64,000 nt of DNA. It comes from Octopus vulgaris (lineage: Eukaryota). Within the stretch, counting starts at the first letter, position 1, and each line of letters opens with the position of its first letter. The translations under genes and the position numbers were made by a program. Under the pieces are notes generated by a model. That model saw only the letters and a list, made by a program, of their open reading frames with translations, ran no database searches and was not told the origin of the DNA. Location of the stretch: contig OX597814.1 in assembly GCA_951406725.2 (NCBI GenBank), positions 131,750,001 to 131,814,000 of the forward strand. Reading direction: 5' to 3'. Shown one piece after another: positions 32,842 through 47,529 of the stretch.

Positions 32842-35800
32842 AGTGAACATGTTAATATAAAAGAATCAACAACACCAGTAAATTTCGCTGGCACTCTGCG
32901 TCAGAAAAAAGAAATAGTAACATTTACGAATGAAGAGTTAATAGAAACGAGAGCACTCTTTACAACACAAGGGCAGGATTTAGTGCTGCATACACCCCAA
33001 CACATAAAGGAACAAATAGAAAATAAGACAATTATATATAAAATTATAAGAAAAAACAAAAAACAAAATGAACAGATTGCAAAAACGGACATAGAAAAGT
33101 GTTTAAAAAGCATAATGAACCAAAAAGAATATATAAACTGTGGTCCCCAGGTGGTCTGCTTCCCTAACCAGGAAGTGGCAAAAGCTCACTCTACGGAGAC
33201 TTTGCAAAATGATGAAATCATCATGGTACCATATTACAAAGGCCAGAGAGTGAGTAGAATTAGCATTAAAAATGTACCCCCGAGATAGCTAACAAATGGA
33301 TAACAGGGGCAATCTGTTACCATTTGAAAAAGATAAATATATTAGAAACCGCCGTGTACAAAAACGATAATTGGGGTGGTAAAACAATAGTAGTGACCAT
33401 CCAGATTGAGGGGTCCTCTATCGAGAACCTACCTGATAGGATCCATTTAGAAAATGGGCAAAGCCTATATGTTGTAGCAGAAGGCAAAAAGCCTAGATGC
33501 TACAACTGTGGTAGCCCAGAACATTTAATTGCCAAGTGCGCTCTGGCACAGAAAAAACAAGAAAGAACAAATCAGAAAACCCGTTACCAACACCAACACC
33601 AACACACTCAATTATGAAACAATGCCAAGAAAACAACAAACCAGCAAACAAACCCCAACATCACCAAGAAAAGAAACAGTACCAACACAATCACCGTTGA
33701 CGTCGCAACCAATTCAACATACTGAACCAAAAGATAGACCAACACCAACACCGAGGACGACAATTAAAAGGACAGAAAACAGTGACGAGAAGACAAATTC
33801 TACCCCTAACACCACAACAACACAAACACCGCACAAAACATCAACAATTTCTACAAGCATACATATTCACGCAAATGCTTTGCCTTTACCCCCGTCTGAT
33901 TCGTCGGACGACGAAAGTTCGACGGAATGGCAAATAGCTACAGGGGGTAAAAGGAAAAGATAAAAAAACCCCACCAAACAAGGAAGTAAAGCAGGGAGAT
34001 ATTTAACTCCGGACAGCACCCCCCAGGACAATCAAAGAAATTAATGAACCCGCAAAACCACACACAAAACTAACTGCAATAGACACAGACAATAAAAAAA
34101 TAAAGCATCCAACACGGACATCTGTGAAGATGACTTTAAGACAAAAAATCATCCGCGCACCACATTGTACACATAACACAAACACAACACCATACACTGA
34201 AAACAATATTTCCAAATGCGGTAGGCGGATTTCAACGATACCTCTCTAAAAAACTATACAAACACCTCATCAAAGACAGTACAAAAGAAGAAGAAAAAAA
34301 TGAAACTTTCGAAATGAGTAAGTGACCTTCCCTCTTGCCTCTTGTCTCTTCCAATGTAGTGTGTGAAACGTCAATTATGCTTAAATTAGGTTGTTGTGAA
34401 TGCGCGTGGCTTGGCGTCGGCTTGGAAGCAAAGTTACCTTCTAAACGACATCAAGTCACTGAACGTGGATATAGTAGCTATCAGTGAAACCAGACTCAGC
34501 AAGCCGCGGGCCCTTGCGTCCATGTTTGGCGATCAATTTGACATTTATTTTTCTCCCTGTCTGCCGAACATGGGTGATGGAGGTACCGCGGTGCTTTTTC
34601 GAAAGAGTATAAATGTAAAAGTAAGAACAATATTCGTAGACCCGGAGGGTAGGCTGGTTGTCTTGGACGTGGATGGCAAAAATGGGTGTGCATTCCGTCT
34701 GATGGCAGTTTATGCACCGTCCTTAACGGGTCGTGCGGATTTCTTCAGAAGTCTAGAGGTTTTCCTGGGTACGTCTAGACCTTTACTGTTAGTAGGGGAT
34801 TGGAACGCTTCCTTGGACACGCATCTAGATTATGTGGGAATGGATAGGAATAGAAGGGGGTGTAAGTGCCTCAAAGACCTACTCAGACGTTTCCATTTGT
34901 CTGACAGGTTCCGACTCGACCATCCGAACGTGCCAACGTGGACTTAGACAAACCGCGTCGGATCGTCGAGATCTTATCTAGATAGAATTCTATGCAGGAC
35001 AGCGGATAGGGATAGTGTAGGATGTCTACAATTTAAAATAGTCAGCTACACAGATCACAAATTTGTGACGTGTACGCTCGACATAGATAAGACATATAGA
35101 CAGGATCCCGGTTACTCTAAGCGCGACAGGTTTACAGGAACCGGATTAGCGAGTTAATTAAGAGGGCGCTGACGGGAGCCGTCGTTAACAACCGCTGGTG
35201 GTTCGCCCTGAAAATGGCAATAAAATCGGAATCAATTAGGTTTAGCAAGGAATTAGCGATAGATCGAAACAGAGTAGAGGGAGACCTAGTTAAGAAACTA
35301 GAAGAGGCACTTACCACTGGCAGCGCAACCAACGTACTGGCTGCGAGGATGGCCCTCGACCAACACCTCAACACCAAGCACGAAGGTTGCGTCGTCAGAG
35401 CTAAAATGCGTGCCTTAAGGAACGAAGGGATCGAAGCTGCGCGAGAGGCCCGGGTAGCGGAGGCGCAGCGTGGCAACAGAACCACCATTCGGTCTCTAAT
35501 AGATCAACAGGGATGCAGTTTACTCGAACCCGAAAGGATGTGTGAGGCCTTTCAACAGCACTTTGCTGGACTGTTTGGTGCGAGTGGTGGGTCGGAACGC
35601 GGGATGGATTTCAGTGCCTACCTGACCGACCTGCCGCAGCTCTCGGCAAGAGAAGCGGAGTGTTGGGAAAGTCCCATCACAGCCGCTGACGTGCGGGATT
35701 CGATGGCGGGCTGCGCGAGGGATAAGTCGCCTGGATTGGATGGTTTACCCTATGAGCTGTATTGTCAAATGCCAGACTTGTTTGGCGACCTCTTGGCATC

Positions 35801-38075
35801 AGTCTACTGCAACTGGCAACAGAACGGGAGAATTCCCGCTTTCGTGAGCCGAGGTGCAGTGACGTTGCTGAAGAAAGACCCAAAATAGGGGAATTTTATA
35901 GATAATTTCAGGACCATCACTCTGCTCAACGCAGATTTGAAAATTTTGGCCAAAGTAATAGCCGAGAGGTTGGCGCTTGTCATTGATAAACTGGTCGACA
36001 GGGCGCAAACATGCGCCGTGCCGGGCAGAACCATACTTAACAACCTCCATCTGATGCGCTACATTGTGGACAGGGTAGTTAAGGATCCTGGCATGGGTGG
36101 GGCGCTGATCAATTTGGATCAGTCTAAAGCCTTCGATAGGGTCGACCATCGGTACTTGGCGGCCGTCCTCAGGGCGGGTGGCTTCGGTCCCGTCTTCCGC
36201 GGTTGGATCGCTGCCTTGTATAGCGGCATCCGATCGGTGATTCAGGTGAACGGTCACCTGTCGAAACCGTTTGACATCACGCGTTCGGTCCGTCAGGGGT
36301 GTCCCCTGTCGGGGCTTCTGTATGTATTGACTCTCGAGCCGCTACTGCGGAAGCTGGCGACACTAAGCGGCATCCCACGGGAACTGGGTTGCGTAACGAG
36401 CGTGTCGGCATATGCAGACGATGTCACCGTCATAGTGTCGAGGGACAAACACATCCAGATGATAGGTGAGACACTAAGAAAATACGAAACGGTGACAGGA
36501 GCGAAGATTAACCTGGAAAAGTCAGTTGGTTTGCTACTCGGCACCTGGAGAAGCAAGCCCATGCCGTCCGACTGCAGCTCAGTAGTGGGACGCTGGACGG
36601 AAGGACCGGTTAAATTGCTCGAGGTCTGGTTCAGTCCGGACCTCCAAATGGATAAGAACTGGGACGAGATCACGAGTAGAGTGGTCGCTCTCAGCCAAAC
36701 ATGGGCCGAGAGAAAGCTGTCTCTAAAAGGCCGGGTGGAGGTGGCGAACGCGTACATCGCATCCGTCATCGATTACCGCCTGACCGTCGTACCTTGTCCC
36801 GACGCCACCATCACCAAACTGGAACGCATACTCTTCCGCTTCCTGTGGAAGGGTGGCGTTCTTATGGTGAGGAAATCCATTTGCTGTCAAGATCCGTTGA
36901 ATGGATGATTGGGCATGCCGTGGTTGATGATGTGCAGGCATGCGCTGAGACTGCGATATCTCTGGAACTTCATCGACGACGGTGAACAGGTGTGGGCGCC
37001 ATTTGTGAAGCGCGCTTTCCCGCAGCTTGTCTCACTGACCGAACTGCAAACGTGGATCAAGAAGAGACCGAAACTGAGCGATTGGCACCGAGAGTGTCGC
37101 CAAGCTCTACAGCAGCTCTGCCGACCGGGGTCAAACTTGTGCAACTTACAAACGACTAAAGCGTTCTATAGAGGACTAGTGGAGGGGTTGTCCGACGACA
37201 CACTCGGGGCAAACCTGGGCGTCGACGAGAAATTCCTAACCCGCCTGTTCAGGACGACGTTCGGGCCGGGGCCTATGGATAACTTTCAGAAATCCCTGGC
37301 TTGGCAGTGCTATCGAGACGCACTACCTGTTCGAGAGAAGAGCTACAGGTACGGTACGAAAACCATCACCGGACCGACCTAGCCGAGATGCGGTCAGAGT
37401 GACGAAACCGTTCTGCACGCACTCGTGCAGTGTCCAGATATTTCAGAGCTGTGGACCTTCGTCGAACAGCTGTTGTCACGTGTAGGTCGGGCCCGCCTAT
37501 CGGCCGAGTCTATCGTGAATATTGTTCCACCACCTTCCTTTAAACGGGAAGGGAAAACGGTTTTCGTTACGCTGATGGCTATGGCGAAATGTGTGGTGGA
37601 CGCGTTTGAAAGGATTGCAAACAAACACCTTCCTCTCTGGTCAGTCTCTCGTCAACTTTTTCAAGTACCACTTGAAAAGGAGGATGAGAATAGAGAGGAA
37701 GGCTTTGTCGAACGAATGTTTTAATAAAAAGTGGGTAACAGTGGCAAAAATGGTCAGTATGAAAGACGACACTATTTTAAGCATAAATCTGTAACCAAAA
37801 GAGACAACGAGAAGTAAGGCGACTTACTCATGTGTTCATTTTCGAACAGTCTGAGGTGACCTTGGTCTTTTTTGTAGGTTTTTCTTTCCAAGGCTACACC
37901 TAAACTGTGAACTTTATATATATATATTGCTTTTTTTATACACCACACAAACCACAGATCCCTATTGATCAAACGTTTTTTTGTGCCCCACCCATCCCAC
38001 CTCGAAAAGAAAAAATTCTACATTGTATTTCGTCCATTTTTATTGTGATTAGCCCTGTGTGGCTACAATAAAAAG

Positions 38076-38078
<3 letters not shown>
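32842..38078 (+). mobile_element. Tx1/L1-clade LINE, subfamily B, 5' end deleted, decayed
   Basis: ORF1 remnant with zinc knuckle CYNCGSPEHLIAKC. ORF2 has APE (NARGL, ISETR, GDWNA), RT (QGCPLS, YADD) and a C-terminal zinc finger. The 3' end AATAAAAAGTTA is followed by (TCTA)n. It is near-identical to 47857-53156. Confidence 0.92.
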
Positions 38079-38158
<80 letters not shown>

Positions 38159-38165
38159 CATGCAT

Positions 38166-38199
<34 letters not shown>

Positions 38200-38538
38200 G
38201 CACGCACGCGCACACACACATACACACACTCACACACACACACACACACACACATACACACACACACATATTACATCGAAAAATGCGAGCATGGAAAGTC
38301 ACATTCTTAAGATTATAAACATGGAAAAGTACAGGACGAGTTATTACACCTGTAAAAGTATAGGACAAGCTATTATTTCTAGTAAAGCAAAGAATAAGAA
38401 ACTTTTTATTTAAACTGCTGCAGCAAAGAATGCCAGTTCTTCTTATTTACCACTCTTTGCAGTTCTCATCTTTTTAATTTATTGTACAAAACTGTTCAGC
38501 TAATTTGTAGGCATTTAAATTTTAAAATTTTGAAGATA

Positions 38539-38950
38539 GGCGCAGGAGTGGCTGTGTGGTAAGTAGCTTGTCTACCAGCCACATGGTTCCGGGTTCAGTC
38601 CCACTTCGTGGCACCTTGGGAAAGTGTCTTCTACTATAGCCTCGGGCCGACCAAAGCCTTGTGAGTGGATTTGGTAGACGGAAACTGAAAGAAGCCCGTC
38701 GTATATATGTATATATATATATGCGTGTGTATGTTTGTGTGTCTGTGCTTGTCCCCTAGCATTGCTTGACTACCGATGTTGGTGTGTTTATGTCCCGTTT
38801 ACTTAGCGGTTCGGCAAAAGAGACCGATAGAATAAGTACTGGGCTTACAAAAGAATAAGTCCCGGGGTCAAGTTTTTCGATTAAAGGCGGTGCTCCAGCA
38901 TGGCCGCAGTGAAATGACTGAAACAAGTAAAAAAGAGTAAAAAGAGTGTA
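38539..38950 (+). mobile_element. Full-length tRNA-derived SINE present in one duplication unit only
   Basis: GGCGCAGGAGTGGCTGTGTGG...GGTTCCGGGTTCAGTCCC...GACTGAAACAAGTAAAAAAGAG, flanked by ATA. The paralogous site at ~53648-53660 is empty (GAAGATACCTATA). Confidence 0.88.
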
Positions 38951-39461
38951 ATACCTATATCGCTTTTTATAAGTTAAGTATGGCTATATAGGGGTACAAT
39001 TTAGGCTTATATAAAGGTAATTATAGAGTATTGAAAAAGATTAGGTAGAGTAGCAACATCATAGAAACGGATGTGAAAATAGCTTATTCACTATAGTCAT
39101 GATGAAATCCGTATCCAACTTAGTAACTTCGATAGATGAGATTTATGCAACTTATGCAATAATTCTAGAAATTACAAATTATTTACTCAATTAGTTTATG
39201 TTTTTAATCAGTGATACCTAGTGTTGACAAAAAATTAATGTTGCAGGGTGTGCTATTTATACAGTGATTTTAAAACTAAGAGGTATATTTTAAGAATTAA
39301 AAACTCACGATCAATAAAATGTTACTTTCTAAAATATTTGAAGGTACGGGTAGTACTATGTACACATGATACTCTAAGGTCTAATCGATTATTTACAAGG
39401 TTTACATTATCTTTATGTTTAAAAATTACATATTTTTCCATAGAGCAGAGCTCGCGCCCAT

Positions 39462-40711
39462 ATCATTTCACTCCTTTCCAGATATGAAGTGAACTACTGT
39501 GATATAATTATGGATACAACATATAAAAAGAGAAGTGGTATAATAACCCCGATATCTTCTGTTTCATATGTGGAAAATTTACACCAGAGGCTCAAAGGCG
39601 CAACGTTAATAACTTTGCCGTGAAGATGTATCTTACCTAATTTAAAGTTGGTACTTGGAGTCCAAGACAAACCTGGGCTCCCTACAAAGTTTGAAGAAGC
39701 TGTGTCGAACCTTTGCGCTCATGGTCTAAAGGAAGGAATGCGAAGCTCAAGTTTGGTTTGCCAATGTTATGGAGAGAACCAGCAATCCATGTGGATAACT
39801 CACATTGCCGCCTTGTTAAAGTAAAATGGTTCAATACGGAAACGAATTCTGGACTATGGAATATCGGTTTTGGGCCAAGGCTGAAAATTCATAAGTGGTG
39901 ATTTCTGCTGCCAGGGCATCTCTGCAGGATTTTGTCGACTTCTCGATACAGTTTTGGCCAGTAAACATAACTCCTCAAAAGCGACTTCATTCTAGAAATT
40001 CCCGGATGTTTAGACTGGAATTCCTTTAACATTTGACCTTGCTGTGAGGTAAGCATTACGACCCTCTGTGCATGCATAAGCACATTATCACATATCGAAT
40101 ACAAATTGGAAACTGTGTTATGTCCAGCCACAGGTATTTTTGTATTTGTTTCTTCTGATCACTATTTTTTTCATTTTTATGATAAACTCGTCCGTCTCTG
40201 CCTTAATTTTTACTTCCTCTAATGACACAGGTAATACACACACAACATTGCACAATACATTTTTTTTGTCAACAGCTCTATCGTTCCTCCACTGCTTATA
40301 TATTTTTGAGATATTTAGAAATTTAATATTTCTATTTTTGGTGATCAGTGAATTTACTTCACTGAAATTATATATATATATGTATATTTTTATAAAGTCT
40401 AGACAGGTATCTTCAGCTAGCAGGCCATGCTACTCCAGACTGATGACGAGCAAAGACTCATAAAAATGTCTCTGGATGCAGGCTTAGCTGGATCGGGTGC
40501 TTGTCTCCCCTTTGTAAACACAGGGACACAAGAAATGTGTTAAGGCCGACAGGAAGCGTTGATGCTTCCTAGGGCTAAATAGCGGTGGTGTGATTCCCTT
40601 TATGGGACTGTTACGTTAAGTTAACAGTATACAACTGCTCATTTTTATTTCATTTTAACGCCGCTATCACTATGTCTTCTTATGGTTCACAGTACTTTGG
40701 TATTAATCTTG
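39462..40711. mobile_element. Duplicated DNA-transposon fragment (+) and Gypsy integrase fragment (-)
   Basis: Near-identical to 23276-24533. Encodes KFGLPMLWREP on + and HPGISRMKSLLRSYVYWP on -. Confidence 0.8.
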
Positions 40712-40913
40712 GATAGATAAATTATGGCTTAGATCCTAGCTTTTGTGCATGCACCCCATAAAGAGGGAAATTTTTTTTGAAAATTAAGAGATGAAATATT
40801 TGTAATATCCGCTGTTAGAGCATTGCTTGTTACACTTATTTGGGTATTACTCAATTTTGCAGTTACGTCGAGTCATAATCCTTCGTACCGTTTATATATT
40901 TGTAAATTAATGA

Positions 40914-41178
40914 AATAAAATAAAAATAAATGTGCCCTTTTAAAGCCTAGCCAGGCTCATGGGCCCGTTTTCCCGGTTTCTATGGCGTATGTGTTCCCCA
41001 GCTGGATGGGACGCCAGTCCATCGCAGCGTTACTCATTTTTACCAGCTGAGTGGACTGGAGTAACGTGAAATGAAGTGTTTTGCTCAAGAACACTGCGCA
41101 TCGCCTGGTCCAGGAATCGAAACCACAATCTTACGATCATGATGCTGACACTCTAATCACTAAGCCACGCGCCTCCAC
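40914..41178 (-). mobile_element. SINE, paralog of 27921-28185
   Basis: Same sequence and the same AAATTAATGA TSD. Confidence 0.85.
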
Positions 41179-41757
41179 AAATTAATGACATAGTGATGTA
41201 AATTTCGTGATGACAGTACAAGGTATATCAAGTGATAAACCTGAGACGTTATATATGTTTAAAATTCTGATTGTGTAGTTGCTCTGAAACATTTGGAGAG
41301 AGTAATCTAAGAGGCAGAAAATTTCCTTTGAAGGAATTATATAATATAGTCAAACTTACTATATAAAATAATATCTGAAATCATTATCGTTGTTTATTCC
41401 AATATTTATTACAGATGCGTACAGTTATGATACAAATAGAATCGACGTACGCCTAAAGTAGATTTCTCTCTGCACAACAGTGACTGAACAAAAATTTATA
41501 ATACTATGTTAAAATCAAACAAAGCAGGCGAAACAGCATATATCACAGTTTAGATGACTCTGTATCATTGAGATCTAAAATAACACCGACTAGATCGTGC
41601 CAAGATAGTAGTGAAATTCTATAAATTCTTAAAAAACACTACACAAAGTCCGGATTACTTATACAACCGGATGAAAGCTCTTCCGTAAAGTTTGGAGTTC
41701 TACAACTTGATATTTTTAAATCAAATATTTTGTTATTGTATTGTGAACAACAATATA

Positions 41758-41825
41758 TGGAAATCCCATAAGTGGTTTTCACAACGGTATATATTCAGCA
41801 AATTTCAAGACAGTCGATGTCATTT
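41758..41825 (+). promoter_or_regulatory. Core promoter of IL-17 copy 4
   Basis: TGGAAATCCC at 41758-41767, TATATA at 41788 and TCATTT at 41820-41825. Confidence 0.6.
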
Positions 41826-41949
41826 AGAAGCGCATCATATTAAGAAACGACTAAAATATCTTGCTTCCGTACTCCTCTCATCTTGATTCTGTACTGCTTT
41901 CATCTTGCTTTCTAATTCAAAAGGAACAAACATTACAGTGAAAATAACG

Positions 41950-42224
41950 ATGGTAAGTAGACTTCAATTTATGTTTACTAGCGAATTTCTGCATGTTACT
42001 CCTTAACTATTTGAGTTTTCTGTATCATGGAAAACATCAGAATTTGTCTGCAATAATTTAATCTTATGTATGTATGTACGAATGTATGTATGTATGTATG
42101 TATGTATGTATGTATGTATGTATGTATGTATGTATGTATGTATATGTATGTATATATGTATATATATATGTATATGTATGTATATGTACGTATGTATGTA
42201 TGTATGTATGTATATGTATGTATG

Positions 42225-42256
<32 letters not shown>

Positions 42257-42298
42257 TGTATGTATGTATATATATGTATATATGTATGTATGTATATG

Positions 42299-42386
<88 letters not shown>

Positions 42387-43510
42387 ATATTCCCTCGCCA
42401 TTATATTATTATATAATAATATATATCGTTCATTATATTATTTAAGCTTAAGTCGATTTTTCCGTGGTGTTGTTTTGCATTTATAATAAAAGAAATACAT
42501 ACAAATTATAAAAATAATTAAAATAATTAATTCAAATGTTGTTTCTTTATACTATACAAAATCTTTTCCTCGTATAACAGTTGTTTACTTATGGTTTCAC
42601 ACATTTACTTCTATATTGGCATTCCTCCATTTAATACACTTATCCTTTGATTCATTGTCTCACGACCAATACACTTACTATAACTGCTATTTGAAGTATT
42701 ATCAAGTGAGGCAATCTATTGTGTATTTTCATAACGTAATCGCACTGTTTGTTACTTTTATTATTTATATTTCTTACCATTCAAAGGCGAAAGTAAAGTA
42801 AAATCTTGTGTCTAGTATTTACATGCATACATACATACATCACGTGATCACGTGAACGACCAGACCATCAGATGTTGTTACACATCGCTGGTCACAATGC
42901 GTTCGCATTGTTTTTGCCTTCGAATGACGCCACCCCGCTGGCTAAGGGAGCAGGACAACAGACGAAAGAGTGAGAGAAAGAGTGGTGAAAGAGTACAGCA
43001 GGGATCACCCCTCCTGCCGGAGCGTCGTGGAGCTTTTAGGTGTTTTCGCTCAATAAACACACACAAACGCCCGGTCTGGGAATCGAAACCGCGATCCTAC
43101 GACCGCGAGTCCACTGCCCTAACCACTGGGCCATTGCGCCTCCACACATACATACATACATACATACATACATACATAAATTTATGATACTTATAATCGG
43201 TGCTCTGAGATGTAATATGTCAGTGATGTTTATGGGGCTTAAAGACTTTTAGAGTTTTCGTCATCGGATCCCCTCTCCCACTTGATCCAATCGCAGTTGA
43301 TCAAGTCTTAGCTGGCATCACTATAACACTTAAACACTGGTCTGCCCTCACTCTTTCTTTTATCTTTCTTTCTTTTTACTCTCTCTCTCTCTGTATATAG
43401 TGTTGTGTCTAGGGAGAATTTTTATGCCAAAATTATTAACACACGCACTGATGCAACTCACTTGTTTGCATAATGAAACTTGAAAATCAGCTATAGAAAC
43501 GGTCTCTATC

Positions 43511-43603
<93 letters not shown>

Positions 43604-44200
43604 ATCTATATTTATACTAAAATTAAGGTAGAAGTTTTAATGAAAATATTTCTTATTTTATTACAGGATCTCTCTCAGGTAGTAATCTTTCTCTTCTTGA
43701 ACTTCATCTTGATTGTATCTTCGGCATCAATTCCAACCCAATGTAAAATACCAACAGACTTGAAAGTCCGCTACGACAGCTTGTCCAAAGCAGACGTTGA
43801 CAATCGATTTTTTCTGCCAGCTGAAATGGCCCCAGCCGAAAGTAACCGGACAACACTGACCGAAGGTGATAAAAGCTGCCCAACATCGCCTGTATCTAGT
43901 GATATCATCCGTGAACGTTCCACCTGTCCTTGGTACCTGAACATTATTAATGATTCAACAGTTTTCCCTCCATCACGCAGTGAAGCGGTATGTCGCTGTA
44001 GAAAGTGTTTAGAGTCTAAGAGCACCAAGCAGCAATGTTCGACTGTATACACTAAAATGACTGTCCTGAAACGAACAGGTGAATGTGTTGATGGACTCTA
44101 TGTTTATGAGCCACATGTGATTGATGTAGCCACAGCCTGTGTGTGTGCACGGAAGGTTGATGGCATTGCAGAGAGAAAAGGGGACGACTATGAGACGTAA
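41950..44200 (+). CDS. IL17: Interleukin-17-like protein, copy 4; join(41950..41952,43667..44200), 178 aa
   Basis: Donor ATG|GTAAGT at 41952/41953 and acceptor ending at 43666. The protein differs from copy 3 by one residue (KEDDYET versus KGDDYET). Confidence 0.92.
42840..43145 (-). mobile_element. Intronic SINE, paralog of 29885-30176
   Basis: Same sequence and position. Confidence 0.8.
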
Positions 44201-44207
44201 AAATCAC

Positions 44208-44267
44208 TGCGTGTAACGCAAAAGTTATTCAGTGTCATGAAACGTCAAGTTGACCACCGTGTGGTTA
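44208..44267 (+). promoter_or_regulatory. Proximal 3'UTR hairpins of copy 4
   Basis: TGCGT-GTA-ACGCA (44208-44220) and TGACCAC-CGT-GTGGTTA (44251-44267). An upstream deletion in this copy stops just short of the first stem. Confidence 0.6.
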
Positions 44268-44526
44268 TTATTTTGAGTCTCCTTATTTTGTTTTTGCTTT
44301 CTTGTTTTTATGTTCATCTTGCTACCTTGGACATTTCAATTATCAATGATATCATATGTATATGAGTCTCATGAACCGATATGCATCTAACCGAAATTAC
44401 GCATGAATTCGCGAATTGGAGGCTAAGAGTCATACGGCCAAGGGAGTAAAAACGTGCATATGTGCGTACGTATGTATATATGCAGACAGTCATTTGTATA
44501 TATTTTATTATATTATATTCCAGTAC

Positions 44527-44586
<60 letters not shown>

Positions 44587-44614
44587 ATGTATGTGTATAT
44601 GTATATATATGTGC

Positions 44615-44655
<41 letters not shown>

Positions 44656-44798
44656 TGTGTATATATATGTATGTTTGTATGTATGTATCTATATGTCTAT
44701 CACACACACACACATATATATATACATATATACACATATATTTATATATTTATTTATATATACACATGTACATGGGCGTATGTATGTGCATGCATATG

Positions 44799-44837
<39 letters not shown>

Positions 44838-45026
44838 GCATTCATACATACATACATACATACATACACACATATATATATACACGTGTCCATACAGTAA
44901 TGTAAGCATTTGTACATGCGTTTGTATATAGCGTGAAAGGAATCCTATGACGGATATCTCTTATGTGTTTAAACGTACATTGTATTTTTATACATATATA
45001 TATATATATATATATGTATGTGTCCA

Positions 45027-45098
<72 letters not shown>

Positions 45099-45561
45099 TA
45101 TGTATTTCACCTTGCTCCAGTCCACTCACCTGGCAAAAATGAGTAATCCTGCGACGTCCCATCTAGGCCCACACAAGTCTGGTATGGCTCGAGAAGGAAA
45201 TTTTTTTGTGTGTTTATATACATACATACATACATGTATATATTTATACATTTAACTTATATACATACATACTTTTATATATGTACATATATATATTCAT
45301 CTATGTACATGCACTCAGCAAACAACACATGTTTAAAGTAGCTGTACATACTGAATAAATTTAAATTAGTTACAGAAATATTTACTCACATATATTGTTC
45401 CCTATAAAATATTTATTGTCCATATACATTTTCAATATGCAATATACAATTAATTTTATAAATTGTACAGAATTTCATATATTTTTATAATATGTTTGTA
45501 AATAAGAATTTTAAATATTTTTATAAGAATTTATTTCCCAATAACATTGTGTTTAATATAA

Positions 45562-45661
45562 TCTTGCTCCATATATTTCATGAATATAGGGAACAAGAAC
45601 TGACCAGTTTATACCGTGTATAAATTATAATTGTAATATAAAATTGCATTCAACTAATAAA
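45562..45661 (+). terminator. Distal 3'UTR stem-loop and poly(A) signal, copy 4
   Basis: Hairpin at 45562-45598 and AATAAA at 45656-45661. Confidence 0.6.
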
Positions 45662-46376
45662 ATATAATGTAAGCACATCTGTTTCACCTTTGTTATTTCT
45701 TATGCATTATACTTTTGCTCTGGGTAAATCATATGATTTTTGGATAAAGAATTGGACAGCTGGATGTAGCATTCAAATCCTTTATCGGTGTTTTTTTCTG
45801 CAGTCATTTGTATATCACTTTTGTATTGTCAGAGTATTGGTTATCAATTAGAGATAAAATGATTTCTGTAAACAATGCCTGTACTATGCCAGTATTATAC
45901 AAAGCTGAAGTCTCAACAGCCTCCCTTATAATGAGTATGTATACATAAAGGTATGAGCAGTGAGAGACATATTACTTCCTGTGTTTGTTTCTCTCTGAAC
46001 TCACTACTTTAAAAATATTTAATGGAAGAGTATATGAACGGGTGTGGAAATACCTGTTCCGCGGTACAAAATGAAGTATGATGACCTCTTAGGTGCCACC
46101 TGATCATCCCTAGGCGAGAACAACAATTCTGGTTGTTGAAATTGACTAAGCAAATATTTCGAAAACTCATTAACGATAACTTTAGAAGGCAAGTCCAGAA
46201 TCATACTTAGTGTATTATTAAGCACAGAACTCCATTAAAAAGCTCGCCCATGGACTCTCATCTTTCTAAACATGAAGTAAATAAGAGAATACCCAACTGG
46301 ATTGCTGCCACACACGCGAACACACTCGCTCTGCTACAACCGATTAATATATTCACCGCCCCAAGCAATAAATATA

Positions 46377-46709
46377 TTGTTCTTTCATCCTTTAGAAGGA
46401 ACAGTGGTTTGTTCCTTCTCGAGCCACGCCTGGCTCATAAGGGCCGGTTTCCCGGTTTCCTTGGCGTATAGTTTCCCCACCTGGACGGGATGCCGGTCCG
46501 TTGCAGGTGACTTGCAAGATGCAGGAGGAAAGAGTGAGAGAAATTTGTGGCGAAAGAATCATCCGAAGTTTCGCCATTACTTTCTGCCGGAGCTGCGTGG
46601 AGCTTAGGTGTTTCGCTCATAAACACACACATCGCCCGATTTGAGATTCGAACCCGCGATCCCACGACCGCGTGTTCGCTGCTCTAACCACTAGGCCATG
46701 TGCCTCCAC
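46377..46709 (-). mobile_element. tRNA-derived SINE downstream of copy 4
   Basis: Minus-strand head GTGGAGGCACATGGCCTAGTGG...GGGTTCGAATC. AAGCAATAA flanks it at 46363-46371 and 46710-46718. The site after copy 2 (~17970) is empty. Confidence 0.8.
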
Positions 46710-47124
46710 AAGCAATAACTATAATAGCAAAGGATTCATGAGCTGATCAAGAAACAACAATACAAAAGACAACACTAATAACAATAACAGTAATAACAAC
46801 AACACTAATATGATGAAAAAGATGTTATATGCTATATTCAATTGGTTCTGGAATTCACATATTTTCGCATTTGATAAATGAAACGCAGCTTGACCTTTAC
46901 ATGATATAAACGGATACAGATATCTTTTATAATTCAACTGTTACATGTTTCACTCACTGGACTGCGACCATACTAAGGCACCTCCTTGAAGTGTTTTAGT
47001 CGAATAAATCCACTTCACTATTAATATCTGCCTTTATCTAAGTCTGTATCTTATACGGTATCTTATACGGTATCTTATACGGAATCAGTAACCACGGTGA
47101 CGTAAGCAAAGCAACATCTACTAC

Positions 47125-47314
<190 letters not shown>

Positions 47315-47529
47315 TTATCTATCTACGGACGTGCTGTCACCTCAGCTCCGAAGGTAATCGTTTATTTTGACTATTTATAGCCCATATTTTGTGTACAGTT
47401 TTGTAAATAAGGTGTGTAAGGCACCCAACTTTCGTTTGAGTGCTTTTCCAAGGGAGGAATTCGCCCCTAGGGGCAGTTTCAACCCTATTTATTTTGTGTA
47501 TTATTGTAGAACGCTGGTCGCGTTCCTTT

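Noticed and set aside
38539-38620. tRNA genes at the tRNA-like A/B-box sequences
   Set aside because: They continue into SINE bodies and tails, several have TSDs, and no complete cloverleaf is evident.
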